This document shows, in pieces, positions 9,757-19,306 of a DNA stretch of 64,000 nucleotides. Made by a program: the position numbers and the translations under genes. Where the stretch lies: positions 28,600 to 92,599 of the forward strand of contig MFVE01000002.1 in NCBI GenBank assembly GCA_001785985.1, read 5' to 3'. Origin of the DNA: Candidatus Nomurabacteria bacterium RIFCSPLOWO2_01_FULL_42_17. GTDB lineage: Bacteria > Patescibacteriota > Minisyncoccia > Phycocordibacterales > UBA9973. The notes beneath the pieces are model-generated. The model had not been told where the DNA came from. It saw nothing but the letters and a program-made list of their open reading frames with translations, and made no database searches. The number at the start of each line of letters is the position of its first letter. The stretch's first letter is position 1.

Positions 9757-11730
9757 TCATTTTTTAAGATGCCTAGTAAGAGCTTTCAAAACAATCTCAA
9801 GTTCAATTGTTGCCACACCGATTACTGTGTCTGCCGCACCATAATAAATGTAAAGGAGGTCGCCCTCGCCTTTCCGACGCTCAGGTTGTAGAGCCATACC
9901 GCACGGAAAAACAACATTATTAACGATCCCGACTTTTTCGTAAAACTCTTTTGGCTGAAATATCGGGTCCGTCGTGCGAGCTAGAACTATTGCTGGATCA
10001 TTTAAATCCAGGAGCACCGCCCCTATGCGATAAGTACTATGGCTTTTAGAAACTCCATGATAAAGAAGCAGCCAACCGGATTTTGTTTTTAGGGGCGGCG
10101 CAGAAATGCCAACTTTCGAGTTATCCCAAGAGTTTATCCTTGGTCCTATAATCCTAATGCATTTTTTCACAAACTCTGTTTTGAAATCGAGCGATTTAAT
10201 ATAATCCCCGCATAATTCATTGCCAACACGATGCAAGATGAAGTATCGCCCTTTGATTTTTTCGGGTAAAATACAGGTGTCTTTATCATCAAAACCAGCA
10301 GGAGTGATCAAAATAGGTTTTTCCCATTCCCATTTTTTTTGCAAAAAGTTTTTCTCCGTGATGGAAGTGATAGCGACTCGCGGCGGACCGATGCCATCAA
10401 AAGCCGTGTAGCACATATAAATAATCTTCCCTATTTTGGTCAGACGCGGATCTTCACAACCAGAATTAGCTCCAGCTATTTTTTTTGATTCAAACTCTTC
10501 TCTCGGGCCATAGATGGGCTCTAGTAAACGTTCGTCGATATTCACCCCATCTTTGGTTGCGGCATAGCCGATATAAGAAGTGTTGTCGTCGGAAAATGTG
10601 CGGTACAATATGTGTGTTGTATTTCGAATTCTAAGCACGGCTGGATTGAATGTCGCTTTGGCTTCCCACGGATGTTTTTTGTCGGGAGTAATGATGGGAT
10701 TTTTGTCGGAACGTTTGAAATACCAGCGAGAATTCTCTTCTCTACGCATAGTGCCAAGAAGGTCGCTCAAATTCAAATGGGCGACGCAATTTGTCATATC
10801 CGCTGCTCCGTAATAAATATAAAGAGTGTCCCCGCCTGCCAATCCGCGGGCAGGTTTTTTTATAATGGCGCCTGTTGGGAAAATCACATCGGGAACATGT
10901 CCCAAAAGTTCGTATGATTCTCGAGGAGCAAAGATCGGGCCGTGAGTAAGACCCACAATTTTAAGCGGATCATTTATGTCTAGGAGGACTGCCTCAACCC
11001 CAAAGATACGAGGGAGACCACTCCCGCCAAAATAATTTTGAATGTGTGAATATATCAAGAGCCAGCCATGCGAAGTTTTGACAGGCGGAGCGCCGACTTC
11101 GATATGGTCATAAGGAGATCTTTTAGGATCAATAACGTGCTTATCGACGTTCTTGTACCACTCTTCCCAAAATTTTGGATTCCACAATTCCTCTATCTTG
11201 TCGCATTGCGCTATAGCAATTTTTACGGGAGGCATATCTGTATTGACGGATACGATCACGGTAATCTTACCATTGATGCGCTCGGGGAACAGGGTCATCG
11301 CTTTAGCATTAAAGGGAGTGACTAGATGACGTTCCTTTATTTTTTTGAGATCTTTAGAAATAGCGACAGCGACTTTGATCCCACTAGCTTCAAATGGATA
11401 TTTAGAGAGTGCCGTATAAAATATATAATATTCTCCTTCAAAATAAGTCACCCTCGGATCTTCACAACCATAAATTTCCCATTCTTTTTCCGGTATTATA
11501 AAAGGCATTCGTTCCTTAAAATGTCTGCCATCCCTGCTTTTCCCAATCCCAATGATCGAAATCTGTTCGGGTGTACGCAGTCTGTCTACCGCCGAAATAG
11601 CGCGATAAACGCCATAAAACATTCTGCCCGCTTTGACGACACTCATATTGAAAGAGGCGTAAGCCTCCCAATAATGGTCTTTGTCCGGAACAAGAATTGG
11701 ATTGTGATGTGATCTTTTTACGACAAACAT
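9757..11730 (-). CDS. Glycosidase with two tandem GH130 (DUF377) beta-propeller domains
   Basis: The pattern NPI(I/L).P....WE....FN plus GCEDPR and IYYGAAD occurs twice in 657 aa. Confidence 0.7.
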   Translation of the reverse strand: MFVVKRSHHNPILVPDKDHYWEAYASFNMSVVKAGRMFYGVYRAISAVDRLRTPEQISIIGIGKSRDGRHFKERMPFIIPEKEWEIYGCEDPRVTYFEGEYYIFYTALSKYPFEASGIKVAVAISKDLKKIKERHLVTPFNAKAMTLFPERINGKITVIVSVNTDMPPVKIAIAQCDKIEELWNPKFWEEWYKNVDKHVIDPKRSPYDHIEVGAPPVKTSHGWLLIYSHIQNYFGGSGLPRIFGVEAVLLDINDPLKIVGLTHGPIFAPRESYELLGHVPDVIFPTGAIIKKPARGLAGGDTLYIYYGAADMTNCVAHLNLSDLLGTMRREENSRWYFKRSDKNPIITPDKKHPWEAKATFNPAVLRIRNTTHILYRTFSDDNTSYIGYAATKDGVNIDERLLEPIYGPREEFESKKIAGANSGCEDPRLTKIGKIIYMCYTAFDGIGPPRVAITSITEKNFLQKKWEWEKPILITPAGFDDKDTCILPEKIKGRYFILHRVGNELCGDYIKSLDFKTEFVKKCIRIIGPRINSWDNSKVGISAPPLKTKSGWLLLYHGVSKSHSTYRIGAVLLDLNDPAIVLARTTDPIFQPKEFYEKVGIVNNVVFPCGMALQPERRKGEGDLLYIYYGAADTVIGVATIELEIVLKALTRHLKK

Positions 11731-11733
11731 AAA

Positions 11734-12936
11734 TTATCTTTTAATAATATTAATTTTTAACTTGGAACCACTCCTTTGAGTCAGTTCTTGCAAAAATTTA
11801 TCCAAATCTGCGGTAGCGACGCAGGAAACTTTGTCCGCGCCCCCGTAATACACAAATAATTTTCCATCTTTAATAATTGCCCCGCAAGAATACACCACCC
11901 CCTCTTTGTATCCTTCGTTTTCATACCATTCATCTGGCTCCAAAATTGGCTGCTTGGAATCATAGAGAATCTTGGTCGGATCTTTCAGGTCTAAAATCAT
12001 CGCCCAGAGCTTGTAGCGATGCGTTTCACCCTTTTCCATCTTATGGTATAAAATCAGCCAGCCATATTTCGTATGAAGCGGTGTGGGCCCGACTCCCCTG
12101 ATCAACTTATCTCGCGCTCCCCACATGGGACTGCCCTGATGAATGCTATAAATGTATTTAGTCCCATCAAGTTCATCCAGACTGTCGAGGTAATCTATCA
12201 TTATTCGCGGAGAAATACTGTGCAAGATCGCGTATTTTTCTTTTCCGTCTTTTTTTATTTTTTCTGGAAAAAGCACCCAATTTTTATTTATCTGTCCGGG
12301 AGGAGAGATCAATACCGGGGACCGCCAGTTCCAGCGATGCGAAATAAAATCTTCCAAACTGATAGAAGTCAAAGTCATGCGGACAGATCCCCATCCGTCA
12401 AAAGCCGTATAGATCATGTACAGCCTATCGCCTAAAAGAGTGAGACGAGGATCCTCACAGCCGCCGCCCCATCCTCCGCCGGAGCCATAAGAGATAAGAG
12501 AAATAAGTGGAAAAGTATCTCTATTTTGTGGCGGGCAATGAAAATAGACGGGTTCTGGCAAACTTTTAGAAATCGTTACCCCATCCTTGCTCACCGCATA
12601 ACCCAAAACCGAATTATCAGAATCTCCGATTGCTCTATAAACAATGTGCACCTTGCCATCATGATAAAGGGCAGTAGGATTGAAGGTAGCTTTTGATTCC
12701 CAATATCTTTTACTGGTTGGTTCGATAATGGGATTTTTTTTAAATCTTTTGAGGTCAAGAACAGTTACCTTTCTGCCAATTTTTATAATTTTTGCAGTTT
12801 TTATTTTGCGGCGGCGAACTTCCGCCCCGACGCGACGCACTACTCGCTTAGAGCTTGGGCTCCTTTTGGCTGAAGATTTGATTCGAGATCCCGACCCATT
12901 CAGGCGTTTTGTTGTCTTTTTTTTAGGCGCGGCCAT
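11734..12936 (-). CDS. GH130 (DUF377) glycosidase with a roughly 65-aa lysine/arginine-rich N-terminal tail
   Basis: It carries KNPIIEPTSKRYWESKATFNPTAL, GGCEDPRLT and YYGGAD motifs. The N-terminus is highly basic and low-complexity (MAAPKKKTTKRLNGSGSRIKSSAKRSPSSKRVVRR...). Confidence 0.7.
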   Translation of the reverse strand: MAAPKKKTTKRLNGSGSRIKSSAKRSPSSKRVVRRVGAEVRRRKIKTAKIIKIGRKVTVLDLKRFKKNPIIEPTSKRYWESKATFNPTALYHDGKVHIVYRAIGDSDNSVLGYAVSKDGVTISKSLPEPVYFHCPPQNRDTFPLISLISYGSGGGWGGGCEDPRLTLLGDRLYMIYTAFDGWGSVRMTLTSISLEDFISHRWNWRSPVLISPPGQINKNWVLFPEKIKKDGKEKYAILHSISPRIMIDYLDSLDELDGTKYIYSIHQGSPMWGARDKLIRGVGPTPLHTKYGWLILYHKMEKGETHRYKLWAMILDLKDPTKILYDSKQPILEPDEWYENEGYKEGVVYSCGAIIKDGKLFVYYGGADKVSCVATADLDKFLQELTQRSGSKLKINIIKR

Positions 12937-13273
12937 ATTTATCTTCTATTCTGACAATATCATTTTCATCAAAATCCCCAGAAGAGATTTCCAAAATTTC
13001 CGCATCAGTAGAGGCAGCATAAACACGATGATTTGTTTTTGGTAATATTACAAATTCATCTCCGAACTTTGCATTTATGATAGATTCGCCCAAAGTAATC
13101 TCCGGAGTACCAGAAAGAACTTTCCAAAACTCAGTCCGATGATTATGATATTGCAAACTAAAAGCCTCACCCTTTTTTACAAAAATAATTTTTACAGTTG
13201 ATAAACTATTATGAGTAAACTGTCTAAAATTACCCCACGGACGCTCCTCTTGAAATGGTTTAAATTCTGACAT
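12923..13273 (-). CDS. Cupin-domain protein, mannose-6-phosphate isomerase type II C-terminal-like
   Basis: RPWGNF....SLQYHNHRTEFWKVLSG are cupin_2 / PMI type II signatures. Confidence 0.55.
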   Translation of the reverse strand: MSEFKPFQEERPWGNFRQFTHNSLSTVKIIFVKKGEAFSLQYHNHRTEFWKVLSGTPEITLGESIINAKFGDEFVILPKTNHRVYAASTDAEILEISSGDFDENDIVRIEDKYGRA

Positions 13274-13288
13274 ATTCCTAATATTGTA

Positions 13289-14080
13289 TCATAGAATCCT
13301 TTTAATGATTGCCTTGGTTTCTTCGGGTCCCTTGACCTGCAGGTGATCAACTCCGGTTTTTACCACAGCATAGTCATTCCCACCCGGAAAAATCGCGTCC
13401 CCAATAAAAAGCATTTTATTTATTGGGATTTTTAAGTGTTTTTCGATCTGGTGAATACCGTAAGCTTTATTAATCCCTTTTTTGGTTATATCAATTGTTG
13501 TAAATCCAGCGGCATGAACCTCTAGATCGGGAAGTTTTTTGGATAATAATCCGGCAATTTTCATTTTAAGTTTAAAATTATTTCTAGACCATTCTTCCTT
13601 CATTTTCACTCCTTTATCACCCAATTCTGCTACTAGGTCCTGTCCATAGACAGAAAAAGAAATTTGAGTTCCTCTGTGTTCAATTATTTTTCCATAAGTT
13701 TTTTGCGGATGCTCATAGCCAATTTCTTTAAATACGTCTTTAAATGCTTTTGTAATCTTTTTTGATTCCGAAACAGTCAAATGTAAAGCGTAAACTTTTT
13801 TCCAACCGCTACTGTACCTATAAAAAGCAGTGGCGGTAGTTGGAAATAGAAAAAGTTTTTTTAAAAGTTCTTTAGAACATTTTAGTTTACGCAAGAAGAG
13901 TTCTTGAAAGATAGAATATTTTCCCCCGCCGATGATAGCGACTTTCTTAGCCACGAGGAGCTTCGCCATCAATCGAGACATATCCGCTTCCATCGGCGAT
14001 TTAGTCCGGATAATCGTGCCGTCTAAATCAAAAACAATTAAATCTTTTTGCTGAAGTTTTTTTAAATTTAAAATTTTCAT
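13289..14080 (-). CDS. HAD-superfamily hydrolase (IIB-like, PMM/Cof-like)
   Basis: It has motif I (VFDLDGT) and a C-terminal GDAIFPGGNDY motif. It lies between sugar-nucleotide pathway genes. Confidence 0.55.
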   Translation of the reverse strand: MKILNLKKLQQKDLIVFDLDGTIIRTKSPMEADMSRLMAKLLVAKKVAIIGGGKYSIFQELFLRKLKCSKELLKKLFLFPTTATAFYRYSSGWKKVYALHLTVSESKKITKAFKDVFKEIGYEHPQKTYGKIIEHRGTQISFSVYGQDLVAELGDKGVKMKEEWSRNNFKLKMKIAGLLSKKLPDLEVHAAGFTTIDITKKGINKAYGIHQIEKHLKIPINKMLFIGDAIFPGGNDYAVVKTGVDHLQVKGPEETKAIIKRIL

Positions 14081-14551
14081 CTATTTCTTGCTTATTTTTA
14101 TTTTTCTTTTTTGCGCTTTTTTTACCAATTCTGAAGAACTTTGGACCTTGCCGCCAAAACCGACATCATTGACTATCTTACAACCTATTTTGTCGCAAAC
14201 TAAAACTTCTGGGGTCGGAAGATTCCCAGTATGGCGATCGCCTCCTTTGGCAAAAATGTGTGGACGCAAAGACAATATATCTTTGCTGATACTGATATCT
14301 TTTGTATTTTTTTTGTGACTGCTTAAAATGACGCGATCAACCGGTTCGAAGGCTTCGATGATTTCCTTGCGCTCGTGTTCCGGCATAAAAACATAACCCT
14401 TCTTCAACTTGAGCCAATTATCATTGTTGATCACAACCACGAGCTCATCCCCCAAGCGTTTGGCTTCTTTGAAGAGCCGGACATGGCCGATATGCACCGG
14501 ATCAAACCCCCCGCTCACCATGACTATTTTCTTTGATTTTTTTTTCTTCAT
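14081..14551 (-). CDS. Cytidylyltransferase-like nucleotidyltransferase (HldE domain II / RfaE-like)
   Basis: It carries a (H/T)xGH motif (GGFDPVHIGH) and is about 156 aa. Confidence 0.7.
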   Translation of the reverse strand: MKKKKSKKIVMVSGGFDPVHIGHVRLFKEAKRLGDELVVVINNDNWLKLKKGYVFMPEHERKEIIEAFEPVDRVILSSHKKNTKDISISKDILSLRPHIFAKGGDRHTGNLPTPEVLVCDKIGCKIVNDVGFGGKVQSSSELVKKAQKRKIKISKK

Positions 14552-14574
14552 ATATTACTGGGGTTATTATATAT

Positions 14575-15072
14575 TTATTTAAAGTAACTATCAAAGTATA
14601 TCGCATGGCAAGTGTATCCGCCAGGATTTTTCTCTAAATAGTCTTGATGGTAATCTTCCGCCGGATAAAACTTTGCTAACGGTTCTAATGTTGTCACTAC
14701 CGGATCACTCCAACGCTTGGATTTATTGACAATGTCTATGAAATCCTCTGCTTCTTTTTTCTCCTCTTCATTACTATAAAAAATAGCTGAACGATAGGAA
14801 GTGCCCTGGTCGTTGCCTTGCTGATTGAGCGTAGTGGGATTGTGTATTTGGAAGAAAAAATCGAGCAACTTTTTGTAAGAAGTTTTTTGGTCGTCGTATT
14901 CTATCTCTACTGCTTCCGCATGACCTTCGTGATCCTCATAAGTCGGCGCTTGTGGTGAGCTTGTCGAACCACCCGTATAGCCAACGGTCGTCCCTATTAC
15001 GCCTTCTTGTTTTCTAATTAAATCTTCTAAACCCCAAAAACATCCTCCTGCTAATACAATTTTTTTTGTCAT
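14575..15072 (-). CDS. msrA: Peptide methionine sulfoxide reductase A
   Basis: The GGCFWG active site is present. Confidence 0.9.
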   Translation of the reverse strand: MTKKIVLAGGCFWGLEDLIRKQEGVIGTTVGYTGGSTSSPQAPTYEDHEGHAEAVEIEYDDQKTSYKKLLDFFFQIHNPTTLNQQGNDQGTSYRSAIFYSNEEEKKEAEDFIDIVNKSKRWSDPVVTTLEPLAKFYPAEDYHQDYLEKNPGGYTCHAIYFDSYFK

Positions 15073-15073
15073 A

Positions 15074-15427
15074 TTACTTTGATAAAAATTTCATTGATAT
15101 CGAATTCACGCAATGCCGGATATTTTTTTCTGTTAAATGTTCGCCTTTGAATAAATGCCCCAGATGCCCGCCGCATCTAGCGCAGGTGATCTCGGTGCGC
15201 ATGGCGTCTTTGTCTAGACTTTTATTTATTGCGCCCGGTATCTCATCGTCAAAACTGGGCCAGCCGCAGGTGGACTCAAATTTTTGTGCGGAAGTATAAA
15301 GTGGCGCATCGCACTGACGACAGACATACATGCCGTTTTCTTTGTTATTTACATACTCGCCGGTAAAAGGCGTTTCTGTCCCCTTTTCAATAATCACTCG
15401 CCTCTCTTCAGCTGTAAGCTGATTCAT
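15074..15427 (-). CDS. msrB: Peptide methionine sulfoxide reductase B
   Basis: It has two CxxC pairs and a CGWPSF motif. Confidence 0.9.
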   Translation of the reverse strand: MNQLTAEERRVIIEKGTETPFTGEYVNNKENGMYVCRQCDAPLYTSAQKFESTCGWPSFDDEIPGAINKSLDKDAMRTEITCARCGGHLGHLFKGEHLTEKNIRHCVNSISMKFLSK

Positions 15428-15467
15428 GCATAAATTATAACATAAAATAAATTATCCTAGCCAAACT

Positions 15468-15494
15468 TGCGTTAGGTCTTGCCTAACGCAAGTT
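15468..15494. repeat. REP hairpin (CTTGCGTTAGG-tctt-GCCTAACGCAAG) at the 3' end of the RAYT gene
   Basis: It is a perfect 11-bp stem. Related copies lie at 16166 and 16933. Confidence 0.8.
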
Positions 15495-16142
15495 AAGCCA
15501 CTCAAATATTTCTGCAACAAATGAATTTTTGTTAGGAAAATAATTTGGAAATGATTCTATATTTAATATTTTATTTTGAATTCTTTTTTCTTCTATATAA
15601 TCTAGATAACTTGAATAAGAATATTGATTTAAATAGACTACGGCTTCTTTTTTATTTTTAATCCCCTTTTCCTTCCAATCCTTTTGAATTAATTTGATTG
15701 GATTTAAATGTATATATGAAAATAAGTATTTCAAATGACGATCCGTGTCTGCGTGTTGTGATTTAAACTTACCCTCAAATAATCCGCCGGTTCTTTCATA
15801 TTTTTTATTGTAATACATTGAATAAGCAGTGCCCAGTTTCTGCATAAATTTACTTATTCCGCCTTCTGTTATTTCGGTTATTAAGATGTGAAAGTGATTG
15901 GGCATCAAACAATATGCTCCTATATTAACGAGAAGATTGTTCCTTTCTATCTCATAAATATTAAAATTGTGGTCTCTGGCTAAATCATAAAGATTAAAGT
16001 TTTCACTCGTATTTGAAATATAAAGTAAAGAAATAAATCTTAAATAATCTTCCTTGTCGTGAAAAATTTTTTGTTTACTATTGCCACGATTGTAAATGTG
16101 GTAATACTCACCTTCAACAAAAGGTGTCAGCCTGATAGACAT
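15483..16142 (-). CDS. REP-associated tyrosine transposase (RAYT; IS200/IS605 TnpA-like Y1 HUH enzyme)
   Basis: YHIYNRG, the HuH motif LMPNHFHIL and the Tyr motif GGLFEGKFKS are present. The ORF-track start at 16178 lies inside the REP hairpin, so the start was moved to the MSIRL methionine. Confidence 0.7.
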   Translation of the reverse strand: MSIRLTPFVEGEYYHIYNRGNSKQKIFHDKEDYLRFISLLYISNTSENFNLYDLARDHNFNIYEIERNNLLVNIGAYCLMPNHFHILITEITEGGISKFMQKLGTAYSMYYNKKYERTGGLFEGKFKSQHADTDRHLKYLFSYIHLNPIKLIQKDWKEKGIKNKKEAVVYLNQYSYSSYLDYIEEKRIQNKILNIESFPNYFPNKNSFVAEIFEWLNLR

Positions 16143-16165
16143 AAGAATATAATAGCAAATAACTC

Positions 16166-16190
16166 TTGCGTTAGGCAAGACCTAACGCAA
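16166..16190. repeat. REP hairpin in inverted orientation at the 5' end of the RAYT gene
   Basis: The sequence is ttgcgttagg-caaga-cctaacgcaa. Confidence 0.8.
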
Positions 16191-16272
16191 AATCGTATCT
16201 AATTTTTTGGCTCTAAACTTGAGAAGATGTTGTAAATACTTTTATTAAAAAAGGTATGCTAATATTGATTAA

Positions 16273-16878
16273 ATGGAAAATATTAAAGTAATTGTGAGTA
16301 TTTTTGCCATCCTATTAACATGCGTGGCATATATCCCATACATTAGGGATACCCGAAAGGGAAAAACTACACCACATGCTTTTACATGGTTTGTGTGGGG
16401 GCTGTCCACTACGCTTGCTTTTGCTTTACAGTTAAGCGCCGGCGGCGGCATCGGCTCATATGTAACTTTAATAATCGGGGTTGCTGCCTTTTCGATTTTT
16501 GGATTAAGCTTATTTAAAGGAGAAAAACATATCACCAAATCCGATGTCGTGTTTTTTATTTTAGCTCTAGTCGCCTTGGGATTTTGGGTAATCGCTGAAA
16601 AACCAATTATTTCTGTAATATTGATATCTCTCACGAATACTTTAGCTTTTGCGCCAACAGTACGAAAATCTTGGAAAAAGCCTTTTTCGGAGACATTATT
16701 CACGTATATATTAAACTGCACAAGACAATGTCTAAACCTACTCGCATTAGAGAATTACAATCTTATCACTTCCCTTTTCCCTGCATCACAAATACTTGTT
16801 ACACTTTCATTTATTATCTTTATTTTGATCAGAAGAAGTTTACAGAAAAAAGAAATACAAAATACAACAAGATATTAA
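16273..16878 (+). CDS. Polytopic membrane protein, possibly a PQ-loop repeat (SWEET-like) family member
   Basis: A 201-aa protein with six or seven TM helices. Two PQ-loop-like segments are present (IPYIRDTRKGKTT and PTVRKSWKKPFSETL). It was chosen over the overlapping minus-strand ORF because of its hydropathy. Confidence 0.35.
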   Translation: MENIKVIVSIFAILLTCVAYIPYIRDTRKGKTTPHAFTWFVWGLSTTLAFALQLSAGGGIGSYVTLIIGVAAFSIFGLSLFKGEKHITKSDVVFFILALVALGFWVIAEKPIISVILISLTNTLAFAPTVRKSWKKPFSETLFTYILNCTRQCLNLLALENYNLITSLFPASQILVTLSFIIFILIRRSLQKKEIQNTTRY

Positions 16879-16932
16879 ATCCGTTTAGACGAATCTTGTA
16901 AAAATTTTATAGGCTCTGAGGTAGGGATATTC

Positions 16933-16955
16933 TGCGTTAGGTCTTGCCTAACGCA
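16933..16955. repeat. Third REP hairpin, in the same orientation as the copy at 15468
   Basis: The sequence is tgcgttagg-tcttg-cctaacgca. Confidence 0.8.
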
Positions 16956-16959
16956 AAGT

Positions 16960-17085
16960 TTATCGAGACTTCCTACGGAGAGCTTTTTTCGCAAGCATTT
17001 CTCTCTTTATCCCAAGTCGCTTCTTGGTCTTATGAGAACGTCTGGACCTATTTTTAGGACTAAGTGTGGTGTTTCTTTTTGCCAT
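16960..17085 (-). CDS. rpmH: 41-aa basic protein resembling ribosomal protein bL34 (or bL32); it falls below the ORF-track size cut-off
   Basis: The reverse complement translates to MAKRNTTLSPKNRSRRSHKTKKRLGIKREMLAKKALRRKSR. This resembles bL34 (MKRTFQPS..KRNRSHGFR...GRQVLARRRAKGRKRL). A REP hairpin follows immediately 3' of the ORF. Confidence 0.35.
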   Translation of the reverse strand: MAKRNTTLSPKNRSRRSHKTKKRLGIKREMLAKKALRRKSR

Positions 17086-17244
17086 AGCCCCATTATAACA
17101 ATAAGTGAGGAGCATAAGCAAATACATTTGTTTGATGTCCGAGCGCCATTGTTATATGGTAATCCATATAGCACATTTCCCTACTCGTGTATAACCCGGT
17201 AGTGAGACTTTCTTAAAAGCTCTACTACCGGGTATAATGTATCT

Positions 17245-18291
17245 ATGAATTATAAATTCTTCACTAATTCAGAGAAAGCTTGGGAAGCGATGTTTAGAGA
17301 CATAACAAACGCCCAAAAATCCATTTATCTGGAGATGTATATTTTCCAAAACGATATGGAACAGTTTAATTTCTTTAACTTGCTGAAAGAAAAAGCCCAA
17401 AAAGGCCTGCAGGTTAAAATAATCATCGATGCTTTCGGAAGCGTCTGGTTGAAGAGCAGCGCCGTCTCTGAATTAAAAAAAGCAGGGATAGAAATTCTCA
17501 CCCTATCTTACCTGCTCCACCACATGCACAGAAAAGTCTTGGTGGTAGACGAACGAATTGCCTTTATTGGGGGCGTGAATCTTTATCAAACTGCGAGATT
17601 TTGGAATGATCTAATGGTCAGAATAAAAGGCAACCTGGTAAAAAAAGTGGTGATGTCTTTCGCAAAATCTTACACAAACGCCGGAGGCAAAGACCCAATG
17701 CTCCTTTCGAAAAACAACAGGAGGACAAGAACCAAAATGGATACTTCGATAGTGGAGCATCATCCTTTCAAAAAAAAGTTTCATTTCAAAGGGATGTACA
17801 AAAAATATTTTAACCAGGCAGAAAAGAACATCACCTTGATTACTCCGTATTTTTTACCAAAACGTTGGCTCGCCGCGGCTCTGCATCAAGCAGTCTTGCG
17901 CGGAGTTAGAGTGGAGGTACTAGTGCCAAAGAACGCTGGAAACTTCATGATTGACCGCGTAAATTATTTTTATATATACAAACTCTCAAGGTTAGGCATC
18001 GAGTTTCATATGGAAGAAAAAATGAATCACGCCAAGGCCATCATCATCGACCAGAGAGAAGCGATGGTCGGATCGCAAAATCTAGACTTTTGGTCTTTTG
18101 ATTTTAATTCAGAAATAGGCATTTTCTTTAGGGACGCAAAGGCAGTCTCAAAACTTTGTTATATCGCAAGCGAGTGGAAAAAGGATGCTGTTTTATTTGA
18201 CTACAAAATTCATAAGCCAAAATGGTTTGACTATATTATGTCGCCGATCATAAATCTTTTTTCTTTCTTTTCCAGAATCTTTTTAGATTAG
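17245..18291 (+). CDS. Phospholipase D / cardiolipin-synthase family protein
   Basis: Two HKD motifs are present: HRKVLVVD(..)GGVNL and HAKAIIID(..)GSQNLD. Confidence 0.8.
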   Translation: MNYKFFTNSEKAWEAMFRDITNAQKSIYLEMYIFQNDMEQFNFFNLLKEKAQKGLQVKIIIDAFGSVWLKSSAVSELKKAGIEILTLSYLLHHMHRKVLVVDERIAFIGGVNLYQTARFWNDLMVRIKGNLVKKVVMSFAKSYTNAGGKDPMLLSKNNRRTRTKMDTSIVEHHPFKKKFHFKGMYKKYFNQAEKNITLITPYFLPKRWLAAALHQAVLRGVRVEVLVPKNAGNFMIDRVNYFYIYKLSRLGIEFHMEEKMNHAKAIIIDQREAMVGSQNLDFWSFDFNSEIGIFFRDAKAVSKLCYIASEWKKDAVLFDYKIHKPKWFDYIMSPIINLFSFFSRIFLD

Positions 18292-18300
18292 CAAAAAAGA

Positions 18301-18828
18301 TTAAGATTGTTTTTTCAGCCAATCGATCATTGCTCGGAAGGTGTCAGCGCCTGCCTCTCCATCAGCATTTAGTCCTGAGGCTTTTTGGAAGGCCATCACT
18401 GCTTTCACTGTCCCTTCGCCATAGTCATTATCAATTTTATTGGAGGTATTGTTATAAATATTTAAAAACTTTTGCACCGTGCCGACTCTCGTCCCCCGAG
18501 ACTTCAGCTTCAGAAAAATATTATCATCGATGAGTTTTTGCAACTCATTTATAAGATCCTGATATTTATATACGATCACCGCGCTCGCCGCGGGAGCGGG
18601 TGGCGGCGTCAGCTCTGCCAACTTAAACTGCAAGGTGCTCTTTTCCCCGCTTAGTTTTTTTATTTCTTTCGCTAGCTCCGCATTCTGTTTTTCGAGCGCC
18701 TGAATTCTCTGTCTTGCTTTGCTCTCCGGTCCGGATTGCAAGGTGCTGATAGACCAGTATCCGAGAATTCCCACTAGAGCCAAAGTAACAACTGAAAATA
18801 ATATGAATTTTAATTTTTCCATATACAT
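18301..18828 (-). CDS. Membrane-anchored coiled-coil protein with a C-terminal peptidoglycan-binding (PG_binding_1-like) domain
   Basis: It has an N-terminal TM helix, a coiled coil, and a C-terminal GEGTVKAVMAFQKASGLNADGEAGADTF segment. Confidence 0.5.
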   Translation of the reverse strand: MYMEKLKFILFSVVTLALVGILGYWSISTLQSGPESKARQRIQALEKQNAELAKEIKKLSGEKSTLQFKLAELTPPPAPAASAVIVYKYQDLINELQKLIDDNIFLKLKSRGTRVGTVQKFLNIYNNTSNKIDNDYGEGTVKAVMAFQKASGLNADGEAGADTFRAMIDWLKKQS

Positions 18829-18893
18829 TATTCTAACAAAAATATTTAGAAATGGGTAGACGGATATTTATAATGATATTTAGAAAAATATCA

Positions 18894-19088
18894 TTAATTA
18901 TGTTTTGCCATTCGAAAACCCTGAAAAGAAAGATAGAAAGCTACCACAACTGCCACAAAGCTAATCCACATCGGAATGACAAAGCTACCTATCTGAGCTT
19001 CCCAACCATTTAATAAGCGCAAGATATGCAAAATGCCTATAATTAAAAATATAACGGAAACGACATAAACAAATTTATTTTTAGTCAT
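18894..19088 (-). CDS. Small membrane protein
   Basis: A 64-aa ORF with two TM helices. Confidence 0.3.
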   Translation of the reverse strand: MTKNKFVYVVSVIFLIIGILHILRLLNGWEAQIGSFVIPMWISFVAVVVAFYLSFQGFRMAKHN

Positions 19089-19215
19089 ATGTATATTTTA
19101 TACCAACAGTTTTAAATAGCAATCCTTGCAATAACGTTGTGTAAAAAGTATTATTCTATGTTGTTTTTTTTATGATTTCTGATAATATAATAGGGTTCTT
19201 TGAATTTAAGTAAAT

Positions 19216-19287
19216 TCCGGGGTAGCTCAGCGGTAGAGCGATCGCCTGTTAAGCGATTGGTCGTAGGTTCGATCCCTACCCCCGGAG
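19216..19287 (+). tRNA. tRNA-Asn (anticodon GTT)
   Basis: Manual fold: a 7-bp acceptor stem (tccgggg/ccccgga), a canonical D arm, anticodon loop cuGUUaa, and a GGTTCGATCC T arm. Confidence 0.85.
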
Positions 19288-19306
19288 CCCCCGGTTATAA
19301 AAACAA

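Noticed and set aside
16269-16721. A 150-aa minus-strand ORF overlapping the membrane-protein gene
   Set aside because: The plus-strand ORF (16273-16878) encodes a coherent multi-TM protein. The minus-strand frame is its shadow.
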